From NCBI GenBank assembly GCA_022510505.1, contig JAFLTL010000003.1, positions 55,789-119,788 of the forward strand: a stretch of 64,000 bases of DNA. The letters run 5' to 3'. The translations under genes and the position numbers were made by a program. Numbering within the stretch: the stretch's first letter is position 1; each line of letters opens with the position of its first letter. Positions 39,582-49,398 of the stretch are shown here, in pieces. This DNA is from Muribaculaceae bacterium (lineage in GTDB: Bacteria; Bacteroidota; Bacteroidia; Bacteroidales; Muribaculaceae). The notes beneath the pieces are model-generated. The model saw only the letters and a list, made by a program, of their open reading frames with translations. It searched no databases and had not been told where the DNA came from.

Positions 39582-39787
39582 GAAAAATAGCCATTTTGCC
39601 ACTGAGATTCTATCAAATTTGCATCTCTCCAATGTTTCCTCCTAGTTGTCGATTCACACCAACTTGTAGTCAATATGCAATTGATGCAATAAGGAAGCAT
39701 GGGATAATCAAGGGAACGATTTTGACCGTTAAAAGATTAAGTAAATGCCATCCATGGGGTGGACATGGTTACGATCCGGTTCCGTAA
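39569..39787 (+). CDS. yidD: membrane protein insertion efficiency factor
   Basis: 72 aa with [31 protein letters not shown] ... [13 protein letters not shown]. Confidence 0.95.
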   Translation: MSGLRKIAILPLRFYQICISPMFPPSCRFTPTCSQYAIDAIRKHGIIKGTILTVKRLSKCHPWGGHGYDPVP

Positions 39788-39789
39788 TT

Positions 39790-40332
39790 ATGGATAAACA
39801 TTGGGAAATTTTTAATTATGATGACATTCACACTCACAAACCCAGCGAAGGCAGTGTGATGTCAGTCGAATATGATCCCAAAAGAATGTCTCTCCCTGCT
39901 CAAGCCTTTACTTTAGGTGTTCATCCATGGAATGCGAGAGAGGATATCGATTGGGAAGAATTCGAAAATTTATTGTCCAATCCCTTGACGGTGGGAATAG
40001 GGGAGGCCGGTTTAGACAAGTTGAAAGGACCTGAAATGAATATTCAGGAAGAAGTTTTTTTAAGGCAACTTCAATTGGCTGAAAAACATCAGCTACCCGT
40101 CATAATCCATTCTGTAAGAAGTAATCACAGAATTTTGGAATTAAAGAAAAAACTGAATCCAACTGTTCCGTGGATAATTCATGGTTTTCGTGGGAATGTT
40201 ATTGAGGCAAAGCAGCTTGTGTCTCATGGCATACATTTATCTTTAGGAAAACATCATGACAAGGAAATTGCCAAGACAATCCCGGCGGAATATATTCATT
40301 ATGAAACAGATGAGATAGACAATAAAACGTAA
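39790..40332 (+). CDS. TatD-family metal-dependent hydrolase (short form)
   Basis: The start is set at ATG 39790 (MDKHWEIFNYDDIHTH). Motifs HTH, GEAGLD, IIHSV and IIHGF are present. Confidence 0.72.
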   Translation: MDKHWEIFNYDDIHTHKPSEGSVMSVEYDPKRMSLPAQAFTLGVHPWNAREDIDWEEFENLLSNPLTVGIGEAGLDKLKGPEMNIQEEVFLRQLQLAEKHQLPVIIHSVRSNHRILELKKKLNPTVPWIIHGFRGNVIEAKQLVSHGIHLSLGKHHDKEIAKTIPAEYIHYETDEIDNKT

Positions 40333-40359
40333 TATTCCATCGTTAAAGATATTACGGGA

Positions 40360-43300
40360 ATGAGTGCTCATCGTTTAAAATATATAGGACTGCCAGGTTA
40401 TCTTCTTTTCACACTTCTTTTCTTAATATTGACAAATATTAATGGCAAAGGAGCTGCGAGGTATACAGATAATTCGATTTTGTCCCAAGGTAATTGGGTC
40501 AAAGTGAGCGTTTTGGAGACGGGGGTGCAATATCTGTCAAACGACAATTTGCGGTCAATGGGATTTAAAAATCCTTCGAATGTCAAGGTTTTTGGTTATG
40601 GTGGTGGAAAAATTCCCGATAATTTTGATCCTCAGAATTATATTGATGATCTACCTCCGGTTCCTGTGTATAGGACAAATTATGGGATTTATTTTTTTGC
40701 ACGCGGACCTTATACTATTGAAGAGGACGAATGGAGACATTTGGTAAGAAAGAATAACCCTTATGCCAATTTCAGCTATTATTATTTGACCGATCGCGAT
40801 GACTTAGCCGACCAAGAAATATATGGTATTACTTCAGAGTCTCCGATTGGTACAATTGTTGATAAATTTACCGAAGTAGTTCAGCACGAACTGGATCTTG
40901 TTTCACCCGGTGAAACCGGACATTTGCTTGTTGGCGAGGATATGAGATATTCTCCCACTCGAACCTATAAATTTTATTTGGAAGAACCAGCCAAGGGAGA
41001 TGCAGTTTTAGGCGCTTCGTTATTCACTAATCTCGTTTCAGGTTCCTCATGGACAATCCAAACGGGTTCAATAAAGAAAACTATTGCAGCGCCTTCCTCC
41101 AGTTCCTTGAGTTCCTTTCATGGCAACCTGACGTCAGGTTGGACCGATGTATTTAATGTAGATGGGACTGAGAATCTTTCAGTCTCAGTGACATTGTCGG
41201 GGATTTCGGGGAATGTTAGAAGAGCGAATCTTGACAGGATAACACTCAATTATCCGCGTAAAATCAAATTGTCAACAAAATCTCCCCAAATTTATTTTTC
41301 TGTCTCTTCTCTGTCTTTTGCCGTAGAGAATGCAAATGAAACAACTATAGTATGGGATGTAACTGATTTAATGTCGACTCGGAAAATAGTTGGCTATAGT
41401 CAGCAGGAGAATATTCAAATATTCACCACTAACATTGACGGCCCACGAGAATATGTTGCATTCGATTATTCGATGAGAACGAACTATCCGGTTCCAAAGT
41501 TTGTAGAGAAGGTTCAATGTCAAAATCTTCATTCATTGGAAGGAATCGATATGGTAATCTTTACGCCGTCGCAATGGCAAAGTGCTGCCCGTAGTCTGGC
41601 AAATCATAGAACCCGGCGTGACGGACTTGTAGTAGAAGTAGTTGTTCAAGATTTGGTGTTTAATGAGTTCTCATCAGGTAATCATGATGTGAATGCATTC
41701 CGACGGTTTCTGAAAATGCTTCGTGACAAGTCCTTTTCCAACGGAAGTCGTCGCCCTCGTTTTGTTCTTCTTTTTGGCAGAAGCAGTTATGACAATCGTC
41801 GACTGACATCGTCGCAGTCTGAGAACGGATATGACTTGATTCCTCTTTGGCAGACCGATGAGAGTCTAAATGATAATGCTTCCTATCCTTCAGATGATTA
41901 TATCGGATTCCTCGACGACTACTCGGGAAGCAATCCTGCCAACGATACTTTGTCGGTCAGCATCGGACGTTTACCGGTAACATCACTGTCGCAAGCAAAC
42001 CTTTTGGTGAACAAAATAATGGAATATGAAACCAAGTCTCCGTCGGGATTATGGAGGAACCGTGGTGTATTCATAGCCGATGACGGGGATAATGGTATTC
42101 ACATGTCTCAAACCGAGGATATGATTGAACTCATTGGGAGTGAAAGAAACAATCCGGGATTGCTGGTAGATAAGATTTATCTGGATGCCTACAATGTAAT
42201 CAATAATGTTGCTGTAGATGCTCGTGATGAACTATACCGAAAGCTGGATGAGGGAGTGGTTTGGCTTAACTATGTGGGTCATGCCAATTCTACCACTCTT
42301 AGTGCCGAAGGAATTCTAAATTATTCCGACGTTGGATCGCTCTATCTTGATAAAATTCCGTTTATTTATGCTGCAACATGTGATTTCATGAGATGGGATG
42401 CTAACCTTATCTCGGGAGCCGAGAAACTTGCCTCTACTAAGGGTGGAGGTGTGATAGGCGCCATCTCGGCCACTCGACCGGTTTATATTGTTCAGAACGG
42501 AAACCTTACACGTTCTTTTGGGAAACACCTTTCATACTCATGTCAGAACAATAATAGGTTAACGATAGGAGAGATATACCGTAGGGCCAAGAATGATATC
42601 AAGGATGAGAATAAGCTACGATATGCATTTCTCGGTGATCCTTCTATGAAATTAGTTCTTCCGTCAAACAACATCGTTATAGAAAGAATAGGCGATGTAT
42701 CTTTTCCTCCATCGGATGATGACATTCCGGTGTTGCAAGCTCGTGAGGACCTGACGATAGAGGGTTACATCGAAGACGGAAGTGACGGGGCAGTTCTAAA
42801 GACATTCAACGGAAAGATTCTATCGGCATTATATGATGCCGACAGAAGCATGACTACATTGGGTCGAGGTGACGACGGAGTTAGATTCTCCTATGACGTT
42901 CATGGACACCGTTTGTTTATGGGAAGTGATAATGTCAATGATGGACGTTTTACAATACATGTCTCAATGCCATCGGAGGTGTCCGATAATTATAGAGAGG
43001 CAACCCTAAATCTCTACGCGGAGGATAGCGATGAAAAAGTTAACGCATCTGTTATAGAACGACGCATTTTCGTTTATGGCACCGACGAAGATGCTATGCC
43101 TGATTCTATACCTCCCGTCATTGATTATCTTTATCTGAATCATTCCACATTCAGAGATGGTGGAACGGTTAATTCATCTCCTATGCTTATAGCAGGGTTA
43201 AGTGATAATCATGCAATCAACATGTCACTATCTGGAATAGGACATTGGATGTCGTTGTCGGTCGACAATGGCTCGATGACCTTTAATGATTTGTCGGAAT

Positions 43301-43779
43301 ATTATGAACCGGAATCGGTTCAGAGTGGTGTTCTCCATTATCCGTTGGAGGACCTGAGTGATGGTTTCCACACCTTGACGTTAAGGGTTTGGGATGCAAG
43401 TGGAAACTCGACTTCGGAAAATTTGAATTTCTTCGTTGACAGTTCCTTGAGACCTAAGGTTTTTGACATTTATTCCGATGCCAACCCGGCCACTGAAACA
43501 GCGAATTTCTACCTGATACATGACCGTCCTGACAGTGAGATCAGAGTGACCTTCACTGTCTACGACATGCTTGGGCGCCCCATATGGATTGACACAGCAA
43601 CCGGTAGGTCCGATATGTTCAAATCATTCCCGATAACCTGGAATTTGACTGATATGGGAGGAAAGAGAGTCCCACGCGGTATATATTTATATCGCGCAAC
43701 CATATCGGATTTTTCAGGAATGACTACTTCAGGAGAAACAGTTACTCCGACAAAAAAAATAGCTGTCGGGGGTCGGTAG
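40360..43779 (+). CDS. porU: type IX secretion system sortase PorU (C25 peptidase family)
   Basis: 1139 aa. C25-type motifs DDYIGFLDD ... SIGRLPV, YVGHAN (His) and AATCDF (Cys). The C-terminal beta-sandwich ends in RGIYLYRATI, a CTD-like segment. Confidence 0.85.
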   Translation: MSAHRLKYIGLPGYLLFTLLFLILTNINGKGAARYTDNSILSQGNWVKVSVLETGVQYLSNDNLRSMGFKNPSNVKVFGYGGGKIPDNFDPQNYIDDLPPVPVYRTNYGIYFFARGPYTIEEDEWRHLVRKNNPYANFSYYYLTDRDDLADQEIYGITSESPIGTIVDKFTEVVQHELDLVSPGETGHLLVGEDMRYSPTRTYKFYLEEPAKGDAVLGASLFTNLVSGSSWTIQTGSIKKTIAAPSSSSLSSFHGNLTSGWTDVFNVDGTENLSVSVTLSGISGNVRRANLDRITLNYPRKIKLSTKSPQIYFSVSSLSFAVENANETTIVWDVTDLMSTRKIVGYSQQENIQIFTTNIDGPREYVAFDYSMRTNYPVPKFVEKVQCQNLHSLEGIDMVIFTPSQWQSAARSLANHRTRRDGLVVEVVVQDLVFNEFSSGNHDVNAFRRFLKMLRDKSFSNGSRRPRFVLLFGRSSYDNRRLTSSQSENGYDLIPLWQTDESLNDNASYPSDDYIGFLDDYSGSNPANDTLSVSIGRLPVTSLSQANLLVNKIMEYETKSPSGLWRNRGVFIADDGDNGIHMSQTEDMIELIGSERNNPGLLVDKIYLDAYNVINNVAVDARDELYRKLDEGVVWLNYVGHANSTTLSAEGILNYSDVGSLYLDKIPFIYAATCDFMRWDANLISGAEKLASTKGGGVIGAISATRPVYIVQNGNLTRSFGKHLSYSCQNNNRLTIGEIYRRAKNDIKDENKLRYAFLGDPSMKLVLPSNNIVIERIGDVSFPPSDDDIPVLQAREDLTIEGYIEDGSDGAVLKTFNGKILSALYDADRSMTTLGRGDDGVRFSYDVHGHRLFMGSDNVNDGRFTIHVSMPSEVSDNYREATLNLYAEDSDEKVNASVIERRIFVYGTDEDAMPDSIPPVIDYLYLNHSTFRDGGTVNSSPMLIAGLSDNHAINMSLSGIGHWMSLSVDNGSMTFNDLSEYYEPESVQSGVLHYPLEDLSDGFHTLTLRVWDASGNSTSENLNFFVDSSLRPKVFDIYSDANPATETANFYLIHDRPDSEIRVTFTVYDMLGRPIWIDTATGRSDMFKSFPITWNLTDMGGKRVPRGIYLYRATISDFSGMTTSGETVTPTKKIAVGGR

Positions 43780-43799
43780 CAAATACCGTCTACTTTTCT

Positions 43800-43807
43800 T
43801 ATATTTG
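43800..43807 (+). promoter_or_regulatory. candidate -7 box (TATATTTG) immediately upstream of dnaX
   Basis: Exact TAnnTTTG match whose final G is 6 nt before the dnaX ATG (43814). Confidence 0.35.
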
Positions 43808-43813
43808 CATTAT

Positions 43814-45547
43814 ATGGATAACTCTCATTTTATAGTATCGGCAAGAAAATATCGTCCATCGACTTTCAGCGCGGTCGTAGGACAGAAGAATTTGACTGCC
43901 ACACTCCAAAATGCGATAGTCACGAATAGGCTGGCTCATGCCTATCTATTCTGTGGGTCGCGCGGAGTTGGTAAAACATCATGTGCGAGAATCTTTGCAA
44001 AAACGATAAATTGTGAGCACCCGACTCCTGAGGGTGATCCATGCAATCAGTGCAGTTCTTGCCAGTCCTTCAATGAAGGAAGATCGCTGAACATAATAGA
44101 AATGGATGCTGCCTCGAATAACGGTGTCGATGAAATGAGGAAATTGACCGAGCAGGTTCTTGTTCCACCCACTACTGGGAAATATCGAATTTTCATTATC
44201 GACGAGGTTCACATGCTGTCATCACAGGCTTTCAACGCATTTTTGAAAACCTTGGAAGAGCCACCGTCCTATGTCATCTTTATTCTTGCGACCACCGAGA
44301 AGCATAAGATTATCCCAACAATTCTTTCACGTTGTCAAATCTATGATTTCAACAGAATAACCACGAGGGATATTGTTGATCATCTTGCATCTGTTGCCAA
44401 ATCGGAGGGATATGAGGCCGAGAGAGAAGCATTGGCCGTGATAGCTTCAAAATCCGACGGGGCATTGCGCGATGCTCTTTCAATCTTTGATCAGGTCGCG
44501 GCTTCATCACGAGGAAAAATTACTTATAAGAGTGCGATTGACAATCTGAATGTCCTCGATGAAGAATACTACAATAAATTGGCTGAGACCTTCCACAAAA
44601 GCGATATTGGAAACGCATTGCTAATCTTCAACGAGATTAGAGACAAAGGTTTTGACATTCATTTCTTTATAAACGGTCTGCAAAGTTATCTGCGCAATCT
44701 GATGGTTGCGAAGGATCCGCGAACTCTTCCGCTATTGGACGTGACCGATGAGCAGAAAAAGAAACTGGCTGAATTAGCATCAAAGTTCTCAAACGAGTTC
44801 TTCTATATGGCAATGAGTTTGGTGAATGATGCCGACCTAAAATATCGCGAGGCAACAAATAAGGCTTTTCTGGCTGAGCTTTTGTTGATTAAACTGTGCC
44901 AACTACTAAGCCCCTCCCCCGTCTTTAAGGGGAAGGAGGAGGGGCACCTTGAAAATCTTTCCCCTATAGAGGCGGTAGTAGTCACGACCGCCACGGTGAC
45001 AAAGACCGAATCGAAACCGGTTAAGGAAATCGCTCTTCCTCGACCGGTCACTCCTTCGCAACAATCCAAGTCGCCGATGCCAAAGGTTAAGTCGATAAGA
45101 ACATCCGACAAGACCCCGGAAACTCAACCCGTAAGCGTTACGGTTCAAGATACTTCTTCTCCAAAACCGGCTATAAATAAAGAATTCTCCGAAGACGATG
45201 TTAAGGGAGCCATCAGAGAGTTTGTCGAATCGTCTCCCGAGAAGAAAATGCTTGTAAATACCCTCGGTTCGGCTTTTTCTAAATTGGTGAAGTTGGGTGA
45301 CAACAATTTTAGGATTGATTTTATAGTTCAGAATCCGATTCAAAAAGAACTGATTGAAAAGGAAGAAACATTTCTTCAATTTCTAAAAATCAAGCTGGGA
45401 CTTCCACGATTGGATATATCTGTATTCATGAATGAGGGCGATGTTCCTTCAAATGCGTGGAGCGAGAAAGAGGTTTATGAGCATATGTTGGAAAAATATC
45501 CCCAAATGTCGGCTTTTATTAACGACTTACAACTTTCGCTGGGATGA
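43814..45547 (+). CDS. dnaX: DNA polymerase III subunits gamma/tau
   Basis: The start is set at MDNSHFIVSARKYRPSTF. Walker A GSRGVGKTS, zinc module CNQCSSC, DEVHMLS, SRCQIYDF, and a Pro/Ser/Thr-rich linker before the C-terminal domain. Confidence 0.95.
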   Translation: MDNSHFIVSARKYRPSTFSAVVGQKNLTATLQNAIVTNRLAHAYLFCGSRGVGKTSCARIFAKTINCEHPTPEGDPCNQCSSCQSFNEGRSLNIIEMDAASNNGVDEMRKLTEQVLVPPTTGKYRIFIIDEVHMLSSQAFNAFLKTLEEPPSYVIFILATTEKHKIIPTILSRCQIYDFNRITTRDIVDHLASVAKSEGYEAEREALAVIASKSDGALRDALSIFDQVAASSRGKITYKSAIDNLNVLDEEYYNKLAETFHKSDIGNALLIFNEIRDKGFDIHFFINGLQSYLRNLMVAKDPRTLPLLDVTDEQKKKLAELASKFSNEFFYMAMSLVNDADLKYREATNKAFLAELLLIKLCQLLSPSPVFKGKEEGHLENLSPIEAVVVTTATVTKTESKPVKEIALPRPVTPSQQSKSPMPKVKSIRTSDKTPETQPVSVTVQDTSSPKPAINKEFSEDDVKGAIREFVESSPEKKMLVNTLGSAFSKLVKLGDNNFRIDFIVQNPIQKELIEKEETFLQFLKIKLGLPRLDISVFMNEGDVPSNAWSEKEVYEHMLEKYPQMSAFINDLQLSLG

Positions 45548-45574
45548 TTCCGGCTACGTCGGAATAAATGACAT

Positions 45575-47425
45575 CTATCTTTTTGAACGGATAATTTCTA
45601 TTACTTCCGATTGTTGTGATGAGGAGAACTGTGCAAGAATATAAGTGATGTCGTGGCCATTTGAAAGCAAATATTCCACGCTCTTTTTTAAACGCTTTGT
45701 TTCTTCAGCTCGAATTGATTTATTTTTTGCACGACAAACATCGCAGTGTCCGCAATCCTCAACATTCTCTTCTCCGAAATAACGGAGTATGGTTTTCGAA
45801 CGGCATTCATCATGGCTGAAAATAAAGTCGGACATTGATTTTATTCTTTTCTCCATTACTGACCGTCTATCCTCGTAGACTGTCCTGGGAATGACAACAT
45901 GACGAACTTCTTCCCTGGAGGTAGGGTAGTAGAGATAGGGTGTCGATCGCCTCGGAACATAATGGATAACGTAGTTACGTGCCAATCTCAAAAGAGCTTC
46001 ATAGACGGTTTGAGGAGTTAGATCTAGATGAGAAGCAATCAATTGCTCGTTTATATATACATAATCTGAGAAAAGACCCGGGTACATTCTTAGGATTTGA
46101 TTTAGAATCCTGTCGGCCTCGTTGTCAATTCTTAAATTATAAAGTTCTTCTTTTCTCAAAAGAATCATCAGTCGGGCTGAAGATCTCATGTCCTCATTAA
46201 ACTCAAAAAGTCCTGCCTGAGTTAAAATCTCCATGCTGTTACGCGTCGGAGAGGTAGGCAGATTGAACCTTTCACAAAAGATGTTGAAATTGAAATCATA
46301 TGTTCTATTAAATCCGTCGCCTATTGCAACCCCTAGAAACACCCCGGCCTTGTCATAGACATTTTTTATGAAATCTTTAGGAGGAAATGACTCGTTCAAT
46401 CTACGGGTCAACACCCCTTTATCAGCAACTGAGATCAGAGCTACGGCCCATGCATGTTTGTCGTCTCTTCCGCCACGACCTACTTCTTGGTAGTATTCTT
46501 CAAGCGAGGAAGGGATATCATAGTGAACGACGGCTCTAACATCGGATTTGTCGATTCCCATACCGAAGGCGTTTGTCGCCACAATTATTCGAATCTCACC
46601 TTTGCTCCATTTGTTCTGTTTTTGATTTTTCTCTTCAGGGAGGAGTCCGGCATGATAAAAATCGGCCGACAAGTCGTTGTCTCGAAGCAATTCAGCCAGT
46701 TCCTTAGCTCTTTTTCTCGAACGAACATAAACGATTATGCTACCGTCGACATTGGAGAGAATCCTTAGTAATTGACCTTGTTTATCCTCGGTTCGTCTAA
46801 CTATATAGGAAAGGTTCTCTCTTTTAAAACTATTTGAAAGGATATTGTGATTCTTAAATCCCAGATTTTTGATGATATCCTCCACTACATCGTGGGTAGC
46901 CGTGGCTGTCAAAGCAAGAACCGGCGCATTGGGAAAAAGGTTTCTGATTTTTTCTATTTTTAGGTAGGAGGGTCGGAAGTCATATCCCCATTGGGAGATG
47001 CAGTGTGCTTCGTCGACAACAATCAACGAAATTTTGAAGAATCGAAGTTCATCTAGAAATGACTCGCTGAGGAGTTTTTCGGGAGAGAGATAAAGGATTT
47101 TGGCTATACCGAGCCGACATCGGTCAATGGCGAGATTTCTTTCTCCATTGGTTAAGCCCGAATGAATATATGTGGCTTTAACTCTTATCTTACGAAGATT
47201 GTCAACCTGATCCTTCATGAGGGAGATCAAAGGAGTGATGACAAGTGTAAGTCCTTCGAGCATAAGAGCCGGAACCTGAAATGTAATACTCTTACCCCCA
47301 CCGGTAGGTAAAAGCCCGAGTGTGTCATGACCATCCAGTACTGACTGGATAATCTCACGTTGCATTGGGCGAAATGAATCATATCCCCAATGCTTTTTTA
47401 ATATAGCTTCAGCTGAAGAGAGAAT
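45575..47425 (-). CDS. recQ: RecQ-family ATP-dependent DNA helicase (start codon uncertain; first ATG is at 47365)
   Basis: PTGGGKS, VVDEAHCISQWGYDFRP, and a Zn-binding Cys cluster (CRSKTILRYFGE ... CGHCDVC). The frame stays open upstream of ATG 47365 and encodes LSSAEAILKKHWGYDSFRP (RecQ motif 0 region). The nearest start-like codon is ATT at 47425..47423. Confidence 0.88.
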   Translation of the reverse strand: MLSSAEAILKKHWGYDSFRPMQREIIQSVLDGHDTLGLLPTGGGKSITFQVPALMLEGLTLVITPLISLMKDQVDNLRKIRVKATYIHSGLTNGERNLAIDRCRLGIAKILYLSPEKLLSESFLDELRFFKISLIVVDEAHCISQWGYDFRPSYLKIEKIRNLFPNAPVLALTATATHDVVEDIIKNLGFKNHNILSNSFKRENLSYIVRRTEDKQGQLLRILSNVDGSIIVYVRSRKRAKELAELLRDNDLSADFYHAGLLPEEKNQKQNKWSKGEIRIIVATNAFGMGIDKSDVRAVVHYDIPSSLEEYYQEVGRGGRDDKHAWAVALISVADKGVLTRRLNESFPPKDFIKNVYDKAGVFLGVAIGDGFNRTYDFNFNIFCERFNLPTSPTRNSMEILTQAGLFEFNEDMRSSARLMILLRKEELYNLRIDNEADRILNQILRMYPGLFSDYVYINEQLIASHLDLTPQTVYEALLRLARNYVIHYVPRRSTPYLYYPTSREEVRHVVIPRTVYEDRRSVMEKRIKSMSDFIFSHDECRSKTILRYFGEENVEDCGHCDVCRAKNKSIRAEETKRLKKSVEYLLSNGHDITYILAQFSSSQQSEVIEIIRSKR

Positions 47426-47427
47426 GG

Positions 47428-49182
47428 TTAACGGTTGTTGGATTCGATTTCCTTGACAAGAAGCTGGAAGGTTCCGGGGCGAGCCGTATGATGCTTGTTT
47501 TCAACTATCGTATAGGCAATAGTGAAGGGTCTCCCGGAATGTACAAGGTCCCACTTTTCATTCATGTTAAAGGCGATGGCATCCATAACGGTACCTGATG
47601 TTTCGTCAACGATATCAAGTTTGATGTGTTCATCGTTCTTACCAACAAGACGAGATGTTCCGAAATCGGTAACATTTTTTGTCCTGAACACAGGTTTCTC
47701 GTTTGAAGGACCGTAAGGGCGGAACAATTTCAACAATTGAATAAAAGTTGGAGTTATGTCGGCAAACTCAATATCGGCATCTACAGTTACTGTTGGTTGA
47801 AGCTGATCGGGCAAAATATTGGCTGCGACATATTCCTCGAACCGGCGAGTGAATTCGGGAACATTCTCCTCTTTCATAGACAGGCCGACGGCGTAGGAAT
47901 GTCCACCGAAATTTTCAAGCAGATCCCTAGTAGCTTCAACGGCTTTATAGACGTCAAATCCTTGAACCGAGCGTGAAGAGCCGGTAGCCAAACCATTATG
48001 AAGCGTCAAAACCACTACTGGTTTGTAATAAAGTTCGGTCAATCGGGAGGCTACAATACCAATTATTCCCTGATGCCAATCTTTATTATAGATTACCATG
48101 GAACGACGGTCTTGAAGGCGGTGGGAAATTCGCTCGATGATTTCGTTTGCTTCCTCGGTGATTTGTTTGTCGAGTTCTTTCCGGTCGCTATTGTAACCAT
48201 CTATTGCCTTAGCCCTTGTCAAAGCTTCTCCAAAATCACGTGAAACGAGTAAATCTACTGCCTCTACTCCACGTTGCATTCGTCCTGAGGCATTGATTCT
48301 CGGACTAATCTTAAAGATGACATCGCTTATGCTGATTTCCTTTCCGATGAGGTCGCAGATTCTCATGATTGCACGAAGCCCCATGTTCGGGTTGGTATTC
48401 AACCTTTTGAGACCGTGGAAGGCCATGATTCGGTTTTCACCGATCATCGGCACGATGTCAGCTGCAATGCTTACGGCTACCAGGTCAAGCATTCCAAACA
48501 AATCGTGCTGAGGAATGCCATTGCTGATGGTAAACCCTTGCATGAATTTGAATCCAACTCCACATCCCGACAGATGTGGAAAAGGATAGGTCGAATCTTC
48601 AAGTTTAGGATTCAGGATTGCAGCAGCGTCGGGCAACGAACTGTCGGGCACATGGTGGTCACATATGATGAAATCGATGCCCAGACTTTTTGCGTAGGCG
48701 ATTTCATCTATTGCCTTGATGCCACAGTCAAGTATTATAACCAGGTCGATCCCGGCTTCCTTGAATTCATCAACGGCTCTCATCGTTATTCCATATCCAT
48801 CGTCCTCTCGGGTTGGAATCCGGTATTCTATGTTTGAATAGAACCGTTGAAGATATTTATAGACGAGTGCCACGGCCGTGGTACCGTCAACATCATAGTC
48901 ACCAAAGACCATGATATTCTCCTTTCTCCCCATGGCTTGGTTAAGGCGCGAAACAGCCTTGTCCATGCCAGGCATAAGAAATGGGTCATAAAGATCGTTA
49001 AGCGAGGGGAAGAAAAATTTCTTTACCTCTTCGGTTGTCTTTATGCCTCTTTGCTTCAGGAGCTCCTTGATTATAGGGTTCCTGAGCCCTTCCTCAACTA
49101 TCGGTGGTAAATCCCATGTTTGCTTGAGTGGTTCTTGTTTTTCAGTGCCTTGGGGGGAATAGTGTTGTCTACTAATTCCCAT
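47428..49182 (-). CDS. recJ: single-stranded-DNA-specific exonuclease
   Basis: 584 aa with DHH-family motifs VFGDYDVDGTT, ILDCG, ICDHHV and FGGHSYAVG. Confidence 0.95.
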   Translation of the reverse strand: MGISRQHYSPQGTEKQEPLKQTWDLPPIVEEGLRNPIIKELLKQRGIKTTEEVKKFFFPSLNDLYDPFLMPGMDKAVSRLNQAMGRKENIMVFGDYDVDGTTAVALVYKYLQRFYSNIEYRIPTREDDGYGITMRAVDEFKEAGIDLVIILDCGIKAIDEIAYAKSLGIDFIICDHHVPDSSLPDAAAILNPKLEDSTYPFPHLSGCGVGFKFMQGFTISNGIPQHDLFGMLDLVAVSIAADIVPMIGENRIMAFHGLKRLNTNPNMGLRAIMRICDLIGKEISISDVIFKISPRINASGRMQRGVEAVDLLVSRDFGEALTRAKAIDGYNSDRKELDKQITEEANEIIERISHRLQDRRSMVIYNKDWHQGIIGIVASRLTELYYKPVVVLTLHNGLATGSSRSVQGFDVYKAVEATRDLLENFGGHSYAVGLSMKEENVPEFTRRFEEYVAANILPDQLQPTVTVDADIEFADITPTFIQLLKLFRPYGPSNEKPVFRTKNVTDFGTSRLVGKNDEHIKLDIVDETSGTVMDAIAFNMNEKWDLVHSGRPFTIAYTIVENKHHTARPGTFQLLVKEIESNNR

Positions 49183-49274
49183 CTATGTTATTTTTTATTA
49201 TTTTTCAGGAAGAAAGGGCCTCCAATGGAGGAATGGTTATCAATAGTGTCAATCGGATACTATTTTACCCGTTA

Positions 49275-49282
49275 CAAAGGTA
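49275..49282 (-). promoter_or_regulatory. candidate -7 box (TACCTTTG) for recJ
   Basis: Plus-strand CAAAGGTA is an exact TAnnTTTG match on the minus strand, ~90 nt upstream of the recJ ATG. A second exact match (TAATTTTG) lies at 49315..49322. Confidence 0.3.
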
Positions 49283-49341
49283 TCGGTTTATTTTCTGCAA
49301 TCACAATCATTAACCAAAATTAACAAGTGACATCAAAAATG

Positions 49342-49375
49342 AAAAAAGGAGTCCAATTTAATGGACTCCTTTTTT
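49342..49375 (-). terminator. strong bidirectional intrinsic terminator after the SusF-like gene
   Basis: AAAAAAGGAGTCCA-attta-TGGACTCCTTTTTT: GGAGTCCA/TGGACTCC stem flanked by an A-run and a T-run. It lies 24 nt downstream of the stop at 49399. Confidence 0.85.
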
Positions 49376-49398
49376 CTATTCCGGGTATTCAGAATTGG

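Noticed and set aside
44753-44772. Possible dnaX programmed -1 frameshift site: CAG AAA AAG AAA with a -1-frame TGA four codons later.
   Set aside because: The heptamer is G AAA AAG, not A AAA AAG, and no strong downstream stem-loop is present. The shifted product would end near residue 319, inside clamp-loader domain III, whereas E. coli gamma ends after that domain.
45548-45574. 5-bp hairpin TTCCG-n7-CGGAA between the convergent dnaX and recQ genes, considered as a bidirectional terminator.
   Set aside because: The stem is too short and there are no flanking U/A tracts, so the evidence is insufficient.
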